From the NCBI GenBank assembly GCA_000934665.2, contig JYFJ02004632.1, forward strand, positions 1 to 32,882: a stretch of DNA of 32,882 bases, read 5' to 3'. Under the pieces are notes generated by a model, which made no database searches, was not told the origin of the DNA, and saw only the letters and a program-made list of their open reading frames with translations. A program made the translations under genes and the position numbers. Each line of letters opens with the position of its first letter. Within the stretch, counting starts at the first letter, position 1. This document shows, in pieces, positions 10,266 through 21,895 of this stretch. This stretch comes from Catajapyx aquilonaris. Lineage: Eukaryota.

Positions 10266-11188
10266 CGAGGAGTGATCAAAAAGTAAGGTCTCCAAGGCTG
10301 TAACCTTTATTCTGTATGAACACAAATGACGAAACTTACAGGGTACATGAGGACAATGGACATCTACTTTTCTACATAGTTTCCACACCGAAAAACGCAC
10401 TTATCCCATCGCCAGACGAGTTACTCAATCCCGAGAAAGGGGTGCCCTGTTGACAGCACCAGTCACGCAGCCTTCTTCACCTCATCGTCGCTTCGGAAAT
10501 GCTGACCTGCCATGTCTGCTTTCAGGGTTCTGAATAAGTGATAGTCTGTGAGGGCCAGGTTGGGACTATAGGGTGTGTGAGGAAGAACTTCCCAGTCGGA
10601 TCCAGTCAGCAAAGCCATGGTGTCCCTCAATGTGTCCGGACGGGCGTTGTCGTGGAGAAGGATGACCCCAGCAGTGAGCAATCCTGGTCCTTTCCACCTG
10701 ATGGCCTTCTGCAACTTCGCCAGGGTCACTGGGCTCCGAATTGATAGTCGCAACTTCCAGGATTGCTCACTGCTGGGGTCATCCTTCTCCACGACAACGC
10801 CCGTCCGGACACATCGAGGGACACCATGGCTTTGCTGACTGGATCCAACTGGGAAGTTCTTCCTCACACACCCTATAGTCCCGACCTAGCCCTCACAGAC
10901 TATCACTTATTCAGAGCCCTGAAAGCAGACATGGCAGGTCAGCATTTCCGAAGCGACGATGAGGTGAAGAAGGCTGCGTGACTGGTGCTGTCAACAGGGC
11001 ACCCCTTTCTATTGGGAAGGGATTGAGAAACTGGTCTGGCGATGGGATAAGTGCATTCTTCGGTGTGGAAACTATGTACGTAGTAAAGTAGATGTCCATT
11101 GTCCTCATGTACCATGTAAGTTTCGTCATTTGTGTTCATACAGAATAAAGGCTACAGCCTTGGAGACCTTACTTTTTTATCACTCCTC
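10266..11188. mobile_element. Palindromic mariner derivative made of two inverted 3' halves of a transposase pseudogene
   Basis: Arms 10266-10687 and 10757-11188, about 96% identical by hand count. Each encodes LLHDNARP..., PYSP(D/N)LA.TDYHLF and, after a frameshift, GIE.LVWRWDKC..CGNYV. Terminus TA+CGAGGAGTGATCAAAAAGT. Confidence 0.95.
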
Positions 11189-12524
11189 TTTCTCAATTCA
11201 AATGCACCATGCCCCAATAACATGGTTGTATGCATTCCTGGTCTGGAAATGAGCTAAACACCAAGTTGCTATGCAGTGCAGTTGTGAAGAAAGGAGAAAG
11301 GAGAATTCTTATCCCTTTGGAGCGCTGCGTCTTGGCCCGAGATGGCGTTACTGTTGCCCTATTCTCCCAATGTTAAAGCATTTTTGGAGTTTTTCTCAGT
11401 TGCAAATGCACCAAAAATTATGAAAATCATTTCGTTAGATAGCCGGGAGCAAATACTACATGGTACATTCATTCGTGTTGGACATACGCTTTGGTATAAG
11501 TGTGTAATTAATTGCGGAGGATTATTCACGTGGGCCATGGCACAAGTGGAGTGGGAATGAAAACAACTCGACTTGACCATCCCCTGAGGCTGGTTGCCAA
11601 CCCTTCCCCCCTTCTACCCTTCCCTTTTCGGGCTGAGGGTTTATGGCCGAGTCTATATCACAAACCCCCAGATCAGTTTTTCCGAGAAGTTCACATAATA
11701 CGGTAAAATCTACAAATTCATGACTGCTATGCCTGCACATCGGGCTTGCTATTATGTTCTTGCATTTGATAATTATGGCCATAGAACATTAGAAGGTCTT
11801 AGACAGCAACCTTACAGAAATGTGATTATCAATTTTATGGCAGTGGAGGATGATTGCCAAATGTTTGAGTGGCATATTGCTCAGGTCTACCATTTTATTC
11901 ATTCAATCTTGCTGAAGAATGTGACTATCTTAAATGTGGAACTACCCAGTATAATGTGGAATCATGCATACTGCACTTGCATTTTTTATGTTATTAAAAT
12001 TATCATTCGTGAACAGTATGCAACTCAAAAAATTAGCCATTATCGACCATCATTGTCAGAAAAATTAAAATCGAATTTAGACAAGGTTCCTACTCCTCCT
12101 ATTGGCCATTTCAGGGGCCAAAAATGGCTATAATTATCACATTTCAAGACCAGGACTTCACTCTCAGATAGCAGATGTTTTAAAACTGAGTTTTACCCCA
12201 TCACCTAACATTTTAAAGGGTGAGCCAGGCAAGGAAACCCCAAAATATTGTAACGTAATACATTGGCATATGTGCTGTTTCCCAGGCGATTTCCTTTCCT
12301 CAAAAAAGAGATTGGACTGCCGGGTAAAGCGACTCAAGTCGCACCGCCCTCAAGTGTCCGCCAAATATTTCAAGCTCCATGTATCACATAGCACAGACAT
12401 CGCACCCTCTATTACAATACCTGTAGAGGAGCTGATTCCAACCAGCATCAAGAAGATCTCTCCGGCTTGGGTGAGAGGGTGACCTTACCACTATAGGCGA
12501 AGTTCCCGCTGATCACTATACTCT

Positions 12525-13081
12525 ATAACTCTATAAGGAAGCCTACCTTTATATGCAGCGACGAAAGGTGTTCAAAACTTTAATATAACTGTCACTATCA
12601 CTCGTACAATGTTCCTCGTTGTTTTGTTGTAAATCGTCATCTGCGCGTCAGGGTCATCTGAGTCTTCGGGGTCCTGGTCACTCCCCAAAACAGACACTGC
12701 CGACCCCGTGATACAACTTTTACCCCAACATTTCACGATTGTTGATGGTGTTATGCACGACCAGGCTTAAGTGATCATGTCGATGGCTTGCTTGACGTCA
12801 ATTTTGCAAGGGCTGCACTCGCTTATCGCTATAGACAGTGCTGGAGCACGTGTGGCGGAGCATTTCACTATTGCACATTTCGTTATATCGGGTTCAATAC
12901 TGGCCCGGGAAGGCAGGAACCACATTTCATATTCGTTGTACTGGAAATTTCGTAGTAACGCATTTCGTAATAACGGGATTACAAATACATTGCTCTTACG
13001 GCTGGCCAACCAAAATTTTATTTTTATTGCGTTCTATTGAAATTTCGTTGTATTGGTATTCGCTAAAACGAGATTTTACTG
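12525..13081 (-). mobile_element. pogo/Tigger-like element remnant with transposase C-terminal fragment
   Basis: Minus strand ~12700-12810 reads KIDVKQAIDMIT*AWSCITPSTIVKCWGKSCI, the pogo/Tigger pattern AI..I..AW..V...TI..CW.K.GI. Terminus TTTTACTG+TA at 13081. The left boundary is uncertain. Confidence 0.7.
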
Positions 13082-13450
13082 TATTACGAAATGTGAAAAA
13101 TAAACTATACATAGTTTAATGCTTGATTTTAACTGAGAATTTCCTGACACAATCATCATCCATCATTGTATGAGTTACATTTACGTATCAGTTACTTAAT
13201 GGAACAGTTCAACAGACTCAGCAGTATAAATACTTTAAAAAATTTCAACATTAGGATGAAAAACTGAAAAAGCCAACGTGGATTTTTACTTTTTAGTGGG
13301 TTTTATATAAGGTGGGTTTTTAGTGGGTATTTTTAAGGTGGGCCCACCCAAACAAAAACCACTGGGTTTTATTGGGTCGGGCCCACCTGTAACAACCCTT
13401 CATTATACACATGCAATGGAAATTAAATATAAGATTTCTTCACTTCACAG

Positions 13451-13639
13451 GTAGTTCAGAGCAAGGAAAGGAAACCATCCAGCACAATGTTCAACATACA
13501 AGAAGCACTGCAGGATCTGTTCTCGGGTGCAGTCTTGGTTGCTTATCCTGATATGCCTGATTCTCCTGTTCCAGTAGTGCCCTCAGGGAACCCTAAGTTT
13601 GGAGATTACCAGTGTAATGCAGCTATGCCTATTGCCCAG
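13451..13639 (+). CDS. RARS1: ArgRS exon 3 (contains internal Met92)
   Basis: TTCACTTCACAG acceptor and GTAAGA donor, 189 nt. VVQSKERKPSSTMFNIQEALQDLF...AYPD...KFGDYQCNAAMPIAQ. Absent from the ORF track. Confidence 0.95.
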
Positions 13640-14163
13640 GTAAGATAATGCCCATAAATTTTTGGTGGGTTGAGTTCAGAAGGAAGTATTTGGCTGGTGT
13701 ATTTGTTTCCTTCTTCTCTTTTGGCACCACCATAAGAATCGCATACTTGCAATGTTTCTTAAGGACAAGAATAATCCTAGCAAAGAACTACCAAATGCAC
13801 CTCTGCATGTGCAAGTTCTCTCTCTTACGCCTTGCCATAAGGGCACCAACAGGACTTTCTGGCGTAAGTGATGTATCTGTCGATACTCTGTACTACGTAA
13901 AACAATATACTTGTAGGGCAGTGCAAGGTCTATAAGTCAGGGCTTCCTTTCAAGAGAAAGAAACTTTAGCTGTTGATTTATTTTTGCCTATTTCAGAGTG
14001 AATGTGCATGTAATATGCTGGCTGATGAGCTATTACTTCTTTAAGTTGATTAAAATTCTCAGCAAGCCATTGGTTCTCTTCAAATGGCATTGTTTGAGAC
14101 ATGCAACACACCCTCGAATAAAAGGATGTAGAATTGTTGTGATCCTTGTTTTACTAATTGCAG

Positions 14164-14616
14164 ATAAGGAAGGGACAGGGCCAAAGGTCAAATCCACGTG
14201 AGGTAGCCGAGGCCATTGTGAAGGCCTTCCCTGATGCATCACCCATGGTGGATCATTTGGAAATCGCAGGCCCTGGCTTTATCAACGTGTACCTGAAGCA
14301 AACCTTCTTAAGTGATCAGTTAGGGAAGGTTGTGATCGAAGGAGTGCAACCACCCGTTACCAAGAAAATACGTGTAGTGGTTGACCTGTCTTCTCCTAAT
14401 GTTGCCAAAGAAATGCATGTGGGTCACCTCCGAAGCACCATCATTGGTGACAGCATAGCTCGCCTACTCAGGTTTTTAGGGCATGATGTGCTGCCTGTGA
14501 ACCACATTGGTGACTGGGGCACACAGTTTGGGATGCTTATTGCTCATTTGCAAGACAAGTTTCCTGACTATGAGACAGTGTCACCACCAATTGCTGACCT
14601 GCAGGCATTTTACAAG
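14164..14616 (+). CDS. RARS1: ArgRS exon 4 (HIGH motif)
   Basis: NPREVAE...IAGPGFINV...[20 protein letters not shown]...[14 protein letters not shown]...FYK. 453 nt, AG/GT bounded. Confidence 0.98.
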
Positions 14617-14891
14617 GTGGGTATAGAGGATAAGGCACGTGCAAAGAGCAAGGGAATCCATATTTGAATATGTTATATGATCTTACAGTTTATTTATCAC
14701 TCTACCAACTTGTTGAGTTTACATGCCAAACACTTGCTTTAAAGTACAGTGCCTACTAGACTCTTCCTCTTTGCATCATCTGATGGGAAATTTTTATTGT
14801 GTAGAAAGCCCTTCAAGTAACATCATCCATGGTACTTGCTAGCTGGCAATTAGAAATATACGTAAATATTGAGGAAATCGATATATTGCAG

Positions 14892-15126
14892 GAATCTAAG
14901 AAGCGCTTTGACGATGAGCCTGAGTTCAAGAAGCGTGCTTACACATGTGTGGTGAAACTTCAGGCCAGGGAGCCTGACTTGCTTCGAGCCTGGAACTTAA
15001 TCTGCAGTGTGTCCCGAAAGGAGTTTCAAAAGATCTATGACCGTCTAGAGATTGACCTCATCGAGCGGGGAGAGTCTTTCTACCAAGAGAGGATGGATCA
15101 GCTAGTCCAGGCACTGAAGGCACAAG
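14892..15126 (+). CDS. RARS1: ArgRS exon 5
   Basis: [17 protein letters not shown]...[11 protein letters not shown]...KAQ. 235 nt. The phase-1 donor AAG|GTCTCG is weak but is the only nearby GT compatible with exon 6. Confidence 0.93.
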
Positions 15127-16098
15127 GTCTCGTGCATGTGATCATCATACATACATACATACATACATTTCTTCACGCCATTAGTTCCCATAGAGGGGTA
15201 GCCAGTGGTGTCCAGGTATTACCTGACCACCTTGTTAAGACCAACATAATCACCATATGGAATTTTTCGCGGGTGGGGTTTAATTATATTTACAACCCTC
15301 GCCTTGTCATCGGCCATATCTGGATGAGTCAGCTGTCTTTTTTTCCTCACCACCAAGGTCACCAAAGCCTACCCTTTAACAAGAGCTGGCTATTGACAAT
15401 TGGCCATGGGGCGACATTTATTGCATTTTTTCATTAATTCTTCCAATGAATCAGCTGTAATGCGCCAAATTCAAAGTCCAGAAATGTTACATCCGTGTTT
15501 CATAGTCGTTCACTATTGGCCCAATGAGCGTAAAGAAATTCATGGCCATTCATTACAGTTTAGGAAGTAAATGGTGAAATTTAGAAATTACGCCATTAAC
15601 TTGATTGCTATAATCTATGTCAAAGATGGCTGCCATGTTATTGGGCTTTTGCTAATTACATACTTTGTTAACCCTTGTTTTTCACCATAGTGTAACTAAA
15701 TGATGCCAATAATTACTAGCTTCAACTCCCAATACGTTTTCAAGGGTTATTTTGGCGTAGGAAAGGAAATATAAGGCAACTATGCATTGAATCTGACGAA
15801 TGCAGGCAACCATAACCCGATCCTCAGCCTCTTTTTTTTTTACATTCTTATCACTGGACCTGAACATGTCAAACTTATGCGCTGTATAGAAGAGGACCTG
15901 AGTCATGCATGCGAACAGTTTTTCACTCCATATAAGCATTATTGCACTTCTGAGAGCTAGATAATGGCTCGAAATTCAAATTTTTTTTTGCACTTATTCG
16001 CATCAACATTTGATGACCAAAGTATTGACTTAAAAATATCAAATATTTGTCAGATGAATCTTATATTGCCACAATTCTGACGACATCTCAAGCATTAA

Positions 16099-16359
16099 AT
16101 TGGAGGCATATAAGAAGATCTTAATTAATTACTCCAGGGTAGGTAGGAGGGGATGTGCAAAGTGCAAGTGCAATGTCTCTAATGGTCATTTTGTGAGCTC
16201 TCTCGGGTGGCTTAGTCTGTCGGAAATTGCCACCTGAAATGAAGCCAGAGATGGCCCAACTCTGCACGGATAAAGGTGGGAACCCCGGGTGGGGATCGAA
16301 CCCGGGACCTTAATATCCGTGGGTGCGAGCGTTACCGCCGCGCCACTTCACCTCCCCTG
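16099..16359 (-). mobile_element. tRNA-derived SINE
   Basis: Minus-strand A box TGGCGCGGCGG and B box GGTTCGATCCC. Perfect 15-bp TSD CATCTCAAGCATTAA at 16084-16098 and 16360-16374. Confidence 0.9.
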
Positions 16360-16522
16360 CATCTCAAGCATTAACATCATGACCTTGACACTCGAGATGC
16401 AGCGATTTTTTCGTTATCCTGAATTTCAGGATAGCGGTAGGTAAAGGGTTAAACCTTAGGGTTTGCTTGTTGAGTCCGAATTCGTTTTATTTGTGAGAGT
16501 AACCCTGTGTGGCTCATTCTAG

Positions 16523-16698
16523 GGCTATTGGAAGATGATGAAGGAAGAATGATGCTTTTTGGCGGAAGTCAGATTCCATTGACTATTGTCAAATCGGATG
16601 GAGGGTACACATACGATACATCAGATCTGACAGCTCTTAAGCAGAGAATTGAAGAGGAAAAGGGTGAATGGCTCGTATATGTTGTGGACTGTGGACAG
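16523..16698 (+). CDS. RARS1: ArgRS exon 6
   Basis: GLLEDDEGR...[19 protein letters not shown]...YVVDCGQ. 176 nt, phase 1/0. Confidence 0.97.
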
Positions 16699-16776
16699 GT
16701 AAAAATTAAGATTCCTTGAGAGGAAAATGAAAGTCTTTCAAATTGACTATTACATCATTCTCAACATGTTTTGCAG

Positions 16777-16945
16777 GCCGCTCATTTCCAGAGCATAGTT
16801 GGTGGAGCCCAAAAGGCCGGGATCCTGGACCCCCAAAAAGTTCGTTTTGATCATGTTGGGTTTGGGGTTGTCCTAGGGGAGAACAAGAAACGTCTCAAGA
16901 CCCGAGCTGGGGAATCAGTTCGGTTGGTGGACCTGCTAGATGAAG
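16777..16945 (+). CDS. RARS1: ArgRS exon 7 (KMSKS-equivalent loop RLKTR)
   Basis: AAHFQ...[31 protein letters not shown]. 169 nt, after a 78-nt intron. Confidence 0.97.
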
Positions 16946-17377
16946 GTATGTTAGTTAAGCTCGAGTTACCTGCATGAATAAGATGACAGGTCACAAGACA
17001 ATTGATTCATTGGTGTGTGCAAATGTTGCAAGCAGGTGTGGAGCCTTGTTTTGTGATTCATTATCATTTGGGGCATTCCAAGTCAAATCACTAGGGTGTG
17101 GTCATGGATGTTATCATGGATGTTAGATTCAAAAGTATTTTGCAGTTAGGGGGGCATGGTGGTATAGTGGCTATGCTACTGGAGAGGATGCATGTTTGGA
17201 CTTGGGATTATACAGTGTTCAGATATGGCTTTTGATGAAAGATATGGTGTAGGAACAGAAACAAATGGGGCTTACCCATATCTTGCATGATTAATATAAA
17301 TAGTTTTTCACTACAAAGAGTGTTCACAACTCTCAGTGTCCAGGTTCTGGCTCTACAACAATGTTTTTTTCAAAGTA

Positions 17378-17695
17378 CAGTGGAGCATCGATTATCCGAA
17401 CAGTCTCCCCAGGGGGTGTTCGGATAACTGATTGTTCAGATAACCGATCATTTACGGGGAAAATTGTACCAGTGTCATAGGAGCAATATGAAAATAAGAA
17501 ACAGTGATATTTAACCACAAAACTGTATATTTTCTGTCACAGGCACGTCTTAAAAATACTGTACATATACCTTACTGTCCTTACATGAAGTAGTCCTACA
17601 GTTTAGGGGGGGAAAGGCCAATTTTTGCCGACCTGAAAACTGTCGGTTAACCGATGGTTCGGTTGATCGGTGTTCGGATAGTCGATGCTCCACTG
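17378..17695. mobile_element. Tc1/pogo-like MITE
   Basis: TIR CAGTGGAGCATCGA(T/C)TATCCGAACA with TA on both sides. Confidence 0.9.
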
Positions 17696-17780
17696 TATAC
17701 AGCATTACCGAAATCAATGAGATGCAGAGCATAAGGACAAGTCACATGACTAAAACATTACATAAATTTATACCTTAACC

Positions 17781-19456
17781 TCCTGGTTTCCAACCTGGGG
17801 GGTCGCGAGCTTTAGGTTTTTTTTATTTTTTTATTATTTGCAATTTATGTAGCAATAATGAATAATTGAATAATAATAAATGAGTAAGTATTGTTTTCAT
17901 GTTTGAGCCATAGTTCAGCGAGAGAAATCTGGCAACGTTCGCCCTCATGCTCTTCTCGATCCATAGAGGCCCCACTTACGGAGCCAATCAAGCTCCACTT
18001 CTACGAGGGCAGTATCAAAATGATTTACACTTTAATTTTTTGCCTCAAATACAGGACCCTGGAAGGTCGTCAGATAGGCACCACTATGGATAGAATCTTT
18101 CTGGAGCCGACTGCACTGGTGTCAAGGTTGTGAAAACATCTCCAAGCCCTCCAGGAACCACTTTTTGGTGGTGCTGAGCATCCACTTCCAGACAACTGCT
18201 TGCATCAGTCAATAATGTCTTCGAAATGGCGTCAGCAAAGGAGTTTTTTCATGGAACCGGGTTTGGGTGCTTCCACACCCACAGCAATCCCCCAGCTTAG
18301 CCCCCGGTGACTTTCACCTGTTCGGATCCATGAAAATATCCCTTCACTGATGCCATTTTGAGGACATTTTTTACTGTGAGCAGTTGTCCGGGAGTGGGTG
18401 TGCCTCACCATCAAAAAGTGGCCTGGAGAGGTTGCCAGACCCATGACTCCTATGCAATCGGCTCCAGGAGGATTCTATCCATAATGTGTGCCTCTCTGCT
18501 GACCTTCATGGGCCTTGTGTTTTCAACAAATAAAAAGTTAATCATTTTGATACTGCCCTCGCATTTGAAGGAAAGAAGCTATCCAGGGGAAGCAGATGCA
18601 ATGATTGAAAATGACTTTGTGTTATCTGGCATATTTTGCGGATATGTTGGAGGAGCGGAATGTTCTCAACACTTCTCTGCAAGGGGTCAAATCAAGCGCA
18701 ACCTGTTTCCATTGCATAAAAAATAAGTGAATTTTTATTTAAACTCGAACTCGGGTGGGCAGAAAAAAGTGGAGCAATCTTCATCTGAAATGTTTTATTG
18801 GCTCCACAAGTATATTGAGCACAGTGGCACAAAATTCAAGAGAGAGTCTCCTCCCCACATTTGCAAATACTAAAGGAGGGTTTCAAAAAATATTTTGATA
18901 ACATTGACATTGCAGAGGTTGAGTAGGTTCGAAATCTATTCAGTGAGTTTTCAAAGGAAAAACTGTATACTTATGAATGAGAGTACCTCTTTGATTGTGC
19001 TGCGATCGCACATTGAAAGATAAATTTCAAGATGGAGAATTGATGGAGTTCTGGCTGGAGGTGCAGGGGGAACATCCGGGCTTAAGCTCAAAAGCACTAG
19101 AAGTACTTCTGCGATTCTCCACTTCATAGGTACATATCACTTCATGTCTCGTATACGAAACAGGATTCTCACCCACCGTGGATGTGTGGGAGACCAAGTA
19201 CAACGCTGAAAAAGATTAGCATGTGGCAATTTTGACATTGAGCCTCGGTTCATTGAACTGTCCTGTGACTGTCTGGATAAACCTTCTCATTAAAAGGCAG
19301 TGGGTGATTATACTGTATGAGTATGTTTTATGGTCAGGGGGTGGTTGTAACACATGCCAGGGAAAGCGGGAGAGAGCGTGGGGGAGGATGGAGGATTGCA
19401 CATTTATGGAAAATCTGTTTCGGGGGTCGCAATCGGTAAAGGGTTGGAAACCACTG
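17781..19456 (+). mobile_element. hAT (Buster/Charlie/SPIN-like) transposon relic
   Basis: 8-bp TSD CCTTAACC (17773-17780, 19457-19464) and TIR core TGGTTTCCAACC. Broken + strand transposase motifs LAYFADMLEERNVLNTSLQG (~18626), E*VRNLF, and LMEFWLEVQGEHPGLSSKALEVLLRFST...YETGFS (hAT dimerisation domain, ~19037-19170). Confidence 0.9.
18004..18561. mobile_element. Mariner-type fold-back MITE nested in the hAT relic
   Basis: TIR CGAGGGCAGTATCAAAATGATT with TA on the left and CA on the right. Diverged inverted arms extend about 230 bp. Confidence 0.85.
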
Positions 19457-19565
19457 CCTTAACCAGAGTGCTCCAGCTTGGAGAAGTAACTCCATCATGC
19501 TTAGGGGTGGATTTTTTCAGTACACATGTGTTGTTATCAAGTGATCGTCTAATTTTGTCATGCAG

Positions 19566-19726
19566 GTCTGAAGCGAGCACATGACAAATTGGTGGAGAAG
19601 GAGAGGGATAAGGTGCTGACCCAAGAAGAATTCAAGGCTGCTCAAGAAGCCATTGCATATGGATGTATCAAGTATGCTGACCTCTCACACAACAGAAATC
19701 ATGAATATATATTTTCCTTCGACAAG
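19566..19726 (+). CDS. RARS1: ArgRS exon 8
   Basis: [19 protein letters not shown]...[24 protein letters not shown]. 161 nt, phase 1/0. Confidence 0.97.
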
Positions 19727-19791
19727 GTTGGTAAAATCCAAATATTTATCCATTTCATTGATACCAGTTTCACATGTGAACTGCACATGTA

Positions 19792-20381
19792 CAGTGGAAC
19801 CTCATACTTTGAACGCCCCTAACTTCAAACGTTCCAGAGTTCGAATGCTAAATTAGAGAAAAATTTGATCTGGTGTTTGAACTATGCTTCATAGTTTGAA
19901 CTGAGCGTGCAGTGAAAAAATGCACTCGCTGGGTAAATGCCATCTGTTGTGCACCCAAGTCATCTCTAGCTCTCGCTGTGAAAGCAGCTCTTGCGTTATG
20001 CTCGTGTGTTTTCACTGCTTTTTTTGTTCTATTTTTGTGTGTGTTTTGTTACGTACTGATATAATGGAAGGCACAGTAACCGTTCTCTTCCTCTCCCCCT
20101 TCCACATGGGACGTCATACCACTTCTTACTTGTACAGAATTGCAATTTTCATTTTATTACACAGTATGTAGGCTACATATTTTATTTATCTTTTTAATGT
20201 TTTAATTTATTATTTAGGGCATTTAATTGTGTTATGCTTAATTATGTGCATTTTCGGGGTCTGGGAATGCATTAATTCACTTTCCATTATTTCTTACGTG
20301 AAAGTTGATTTGGACTTCGAACAATTCAGAGTTTGAATGACCTCCTGGAATGAATTTAGTTCAAAGTACGAGGCACCACTG
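19792..20381. mobile_element. Tigger/pogo-like MITE
   Basis: TIRs CAGTGGAACCTCATACTTTGAAC / GTTCAAAGTACGAGGCACCACTG with TA TSD. Confidence 0.85.
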
Positions 20382-20531
20382 TACAGTGATACTGCTAAGA
20401 CACAATTAGCATGTTACACAGGGTTATATTTATGAGGATAACAAGCTTCACTTGGTCTTATGTTTTTGTACTCCTCTTTTTGGGTTATCCTACATGGTGG
20501 GTGACTGAAATGAAAAGGAGGTTACCATTTA

Positions 20532-21115
20532 CAGTAAAACTTCTATAAGTCGAATCTCCATGGGACCGGGAAAAAACTTCGAGTTATAGAAGATTCGAGT
20601 TAGAGAAGTTTGGCTTTTTTAAAGCACATAACTCAATAAGGAAGCCTACCTTTATATCCAGCGACGAAAGGTGTTCAAAACTTAAAAATAACTGTCACTA
20701 TCACACTTACAATGTTCCTCGTTGTTTTGATGTAAAAAAAACTCTGTTATGGACATTTGCCTATCTCTTAGATTCAAGGATTCAATTGTAACAATCGAGT
20801 CAAACACTTCTTTCGGTACGTCTGCATTAGACGGATATCAGGAATTGAGCCTTTCTGTACATGTGGCCTACTCTCGACCCTTCGGCTGGGTAATGAGAAA
20901 ATTTCCCGTACTCACCAACATGAACTTGGACTTAGGGAGACTGAAAATGCATTGATAGCCCATCGTAAGGCCCTGCCTGCACTTCGAGTTATGGAAAACG
21001 TCGAGTTATAGAAATTCGAGTTAGGGAAGTTTATTTCCTATTATTTTACATTGTGACCAACCAAGCTCATCATTTTCTTCGACTTAGGGAAGTTCGACTT
21101 ATAGAAGTTTTACTG
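20532..21115. mobile_element. pogo-like MITE
   Basis: 23-bp TIR CAGTAAAACTTCTATAAGTCGAA with TA TSD and subterminal TTCGAGTTA repeats. Confidence 0.9.
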
Positions 21116-21236
21116 TATATTTCATCCTTGCGCATAATAAATTATTTAAAATAGATGTCAACTACATACTGTAGGTCCAATAATATAAGGGACTTAAGCA
21201 TGAATGGCTTTTAAAAAACTAATTCTTGACTTCTAG

Positions 21237-21398
21237 ATGCTTGAGGATAAGGGGAACACAGCCGTCTACCTCCTGTACGCTTTCACCCGCATCCGGTCCA
21301 TTGCCAGGCTGGCAAACCTAACTCCTGATGATATCAGGGAGGCCATCAAGAAAGAGCCTGTGAAGCTGGAGCATGGGAAGGAGCTCAAACTGGCGAAG
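21237..21398 (+). CDS. RARS1: ArgRS exon 9 (start of anticodon-binding domain)
   Basis: MLEDKGNTAVYLLYAFTRIRSIARLA...HGKELKLAK. 162 nt, phase 0/0. Confidence 0.97.
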
Positions 21399-21470
21399 GT
21401 AACAATGACTCTTGATTCAAGAGTCTTGAAAATACTCGGTAATTGTGAAATGACTTGGTTCAAGGGTTAA

Positions 21471-21895
21471 AGGGACACTCCACTCAAAATACAAGTTGGG
21501 TTCTAAAAATCGGGCAAAAAATCCTGATTCCGAGGGAATAAGCAGTTTTTCTTAGAGACGAACGGTAAGGCCAGTGTGAAAGCTGGAAGTGTGTCGTTCG
21601 AAAACCGCGCGCGGGGAAGGTGGGCGCAGGTGGCGACGCCACCAGAGTGGAACCGGGCGGAACTAGACCAGGCACGCCTGGCGCGGCAGGTGTTTACTGT
21701 GCGCGTTATACTTCTCCAGTTTGCCGGGGGATGGTGCTGTATCGCCCTTCTTAGCAGACGACGTGTGTAGATATATGATTTTCCGTGATTTTTCGTGTTA
21801 CCGTTGGGCGTAGAAAAAAACCGATTGCACATTCTGAATCAGGATTTTTTGCCCGATTTTTGGGGGCCAACTTGTATTTTGAGTGGAGTGTCCCT
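21471..21895. mobile_element. Kolobok-like MITE, copy 2 (opposite orientation to copy 1)
   Basis: Same TIR as 9534-10039 with TTAA TSD at 21467-21470 and 21896-21899. Subterminal segments are mirrored relative to copy 1. Confidence 0.9.

Noticed and set aside
10463..10981. Functional mariner transposase ORFs
   Set aside because: Only C-terminal parts, frameshifted, with no DNA-binding domain or first catalytic Asp.
11720..12482. 137-aa and 126-aa ORFs in intron 2 as a nested gene
   Set aside because: No recognisable motif or splice structure, and the composition looks like translated non-coding DNA.
15672..16448. piggyBac MITE bounded by TTAA CCCTT ... AAGGG TTAA
   Set aside because: Only 5 bp of terminal match. 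The right end looks real, but the left partner is not supported.
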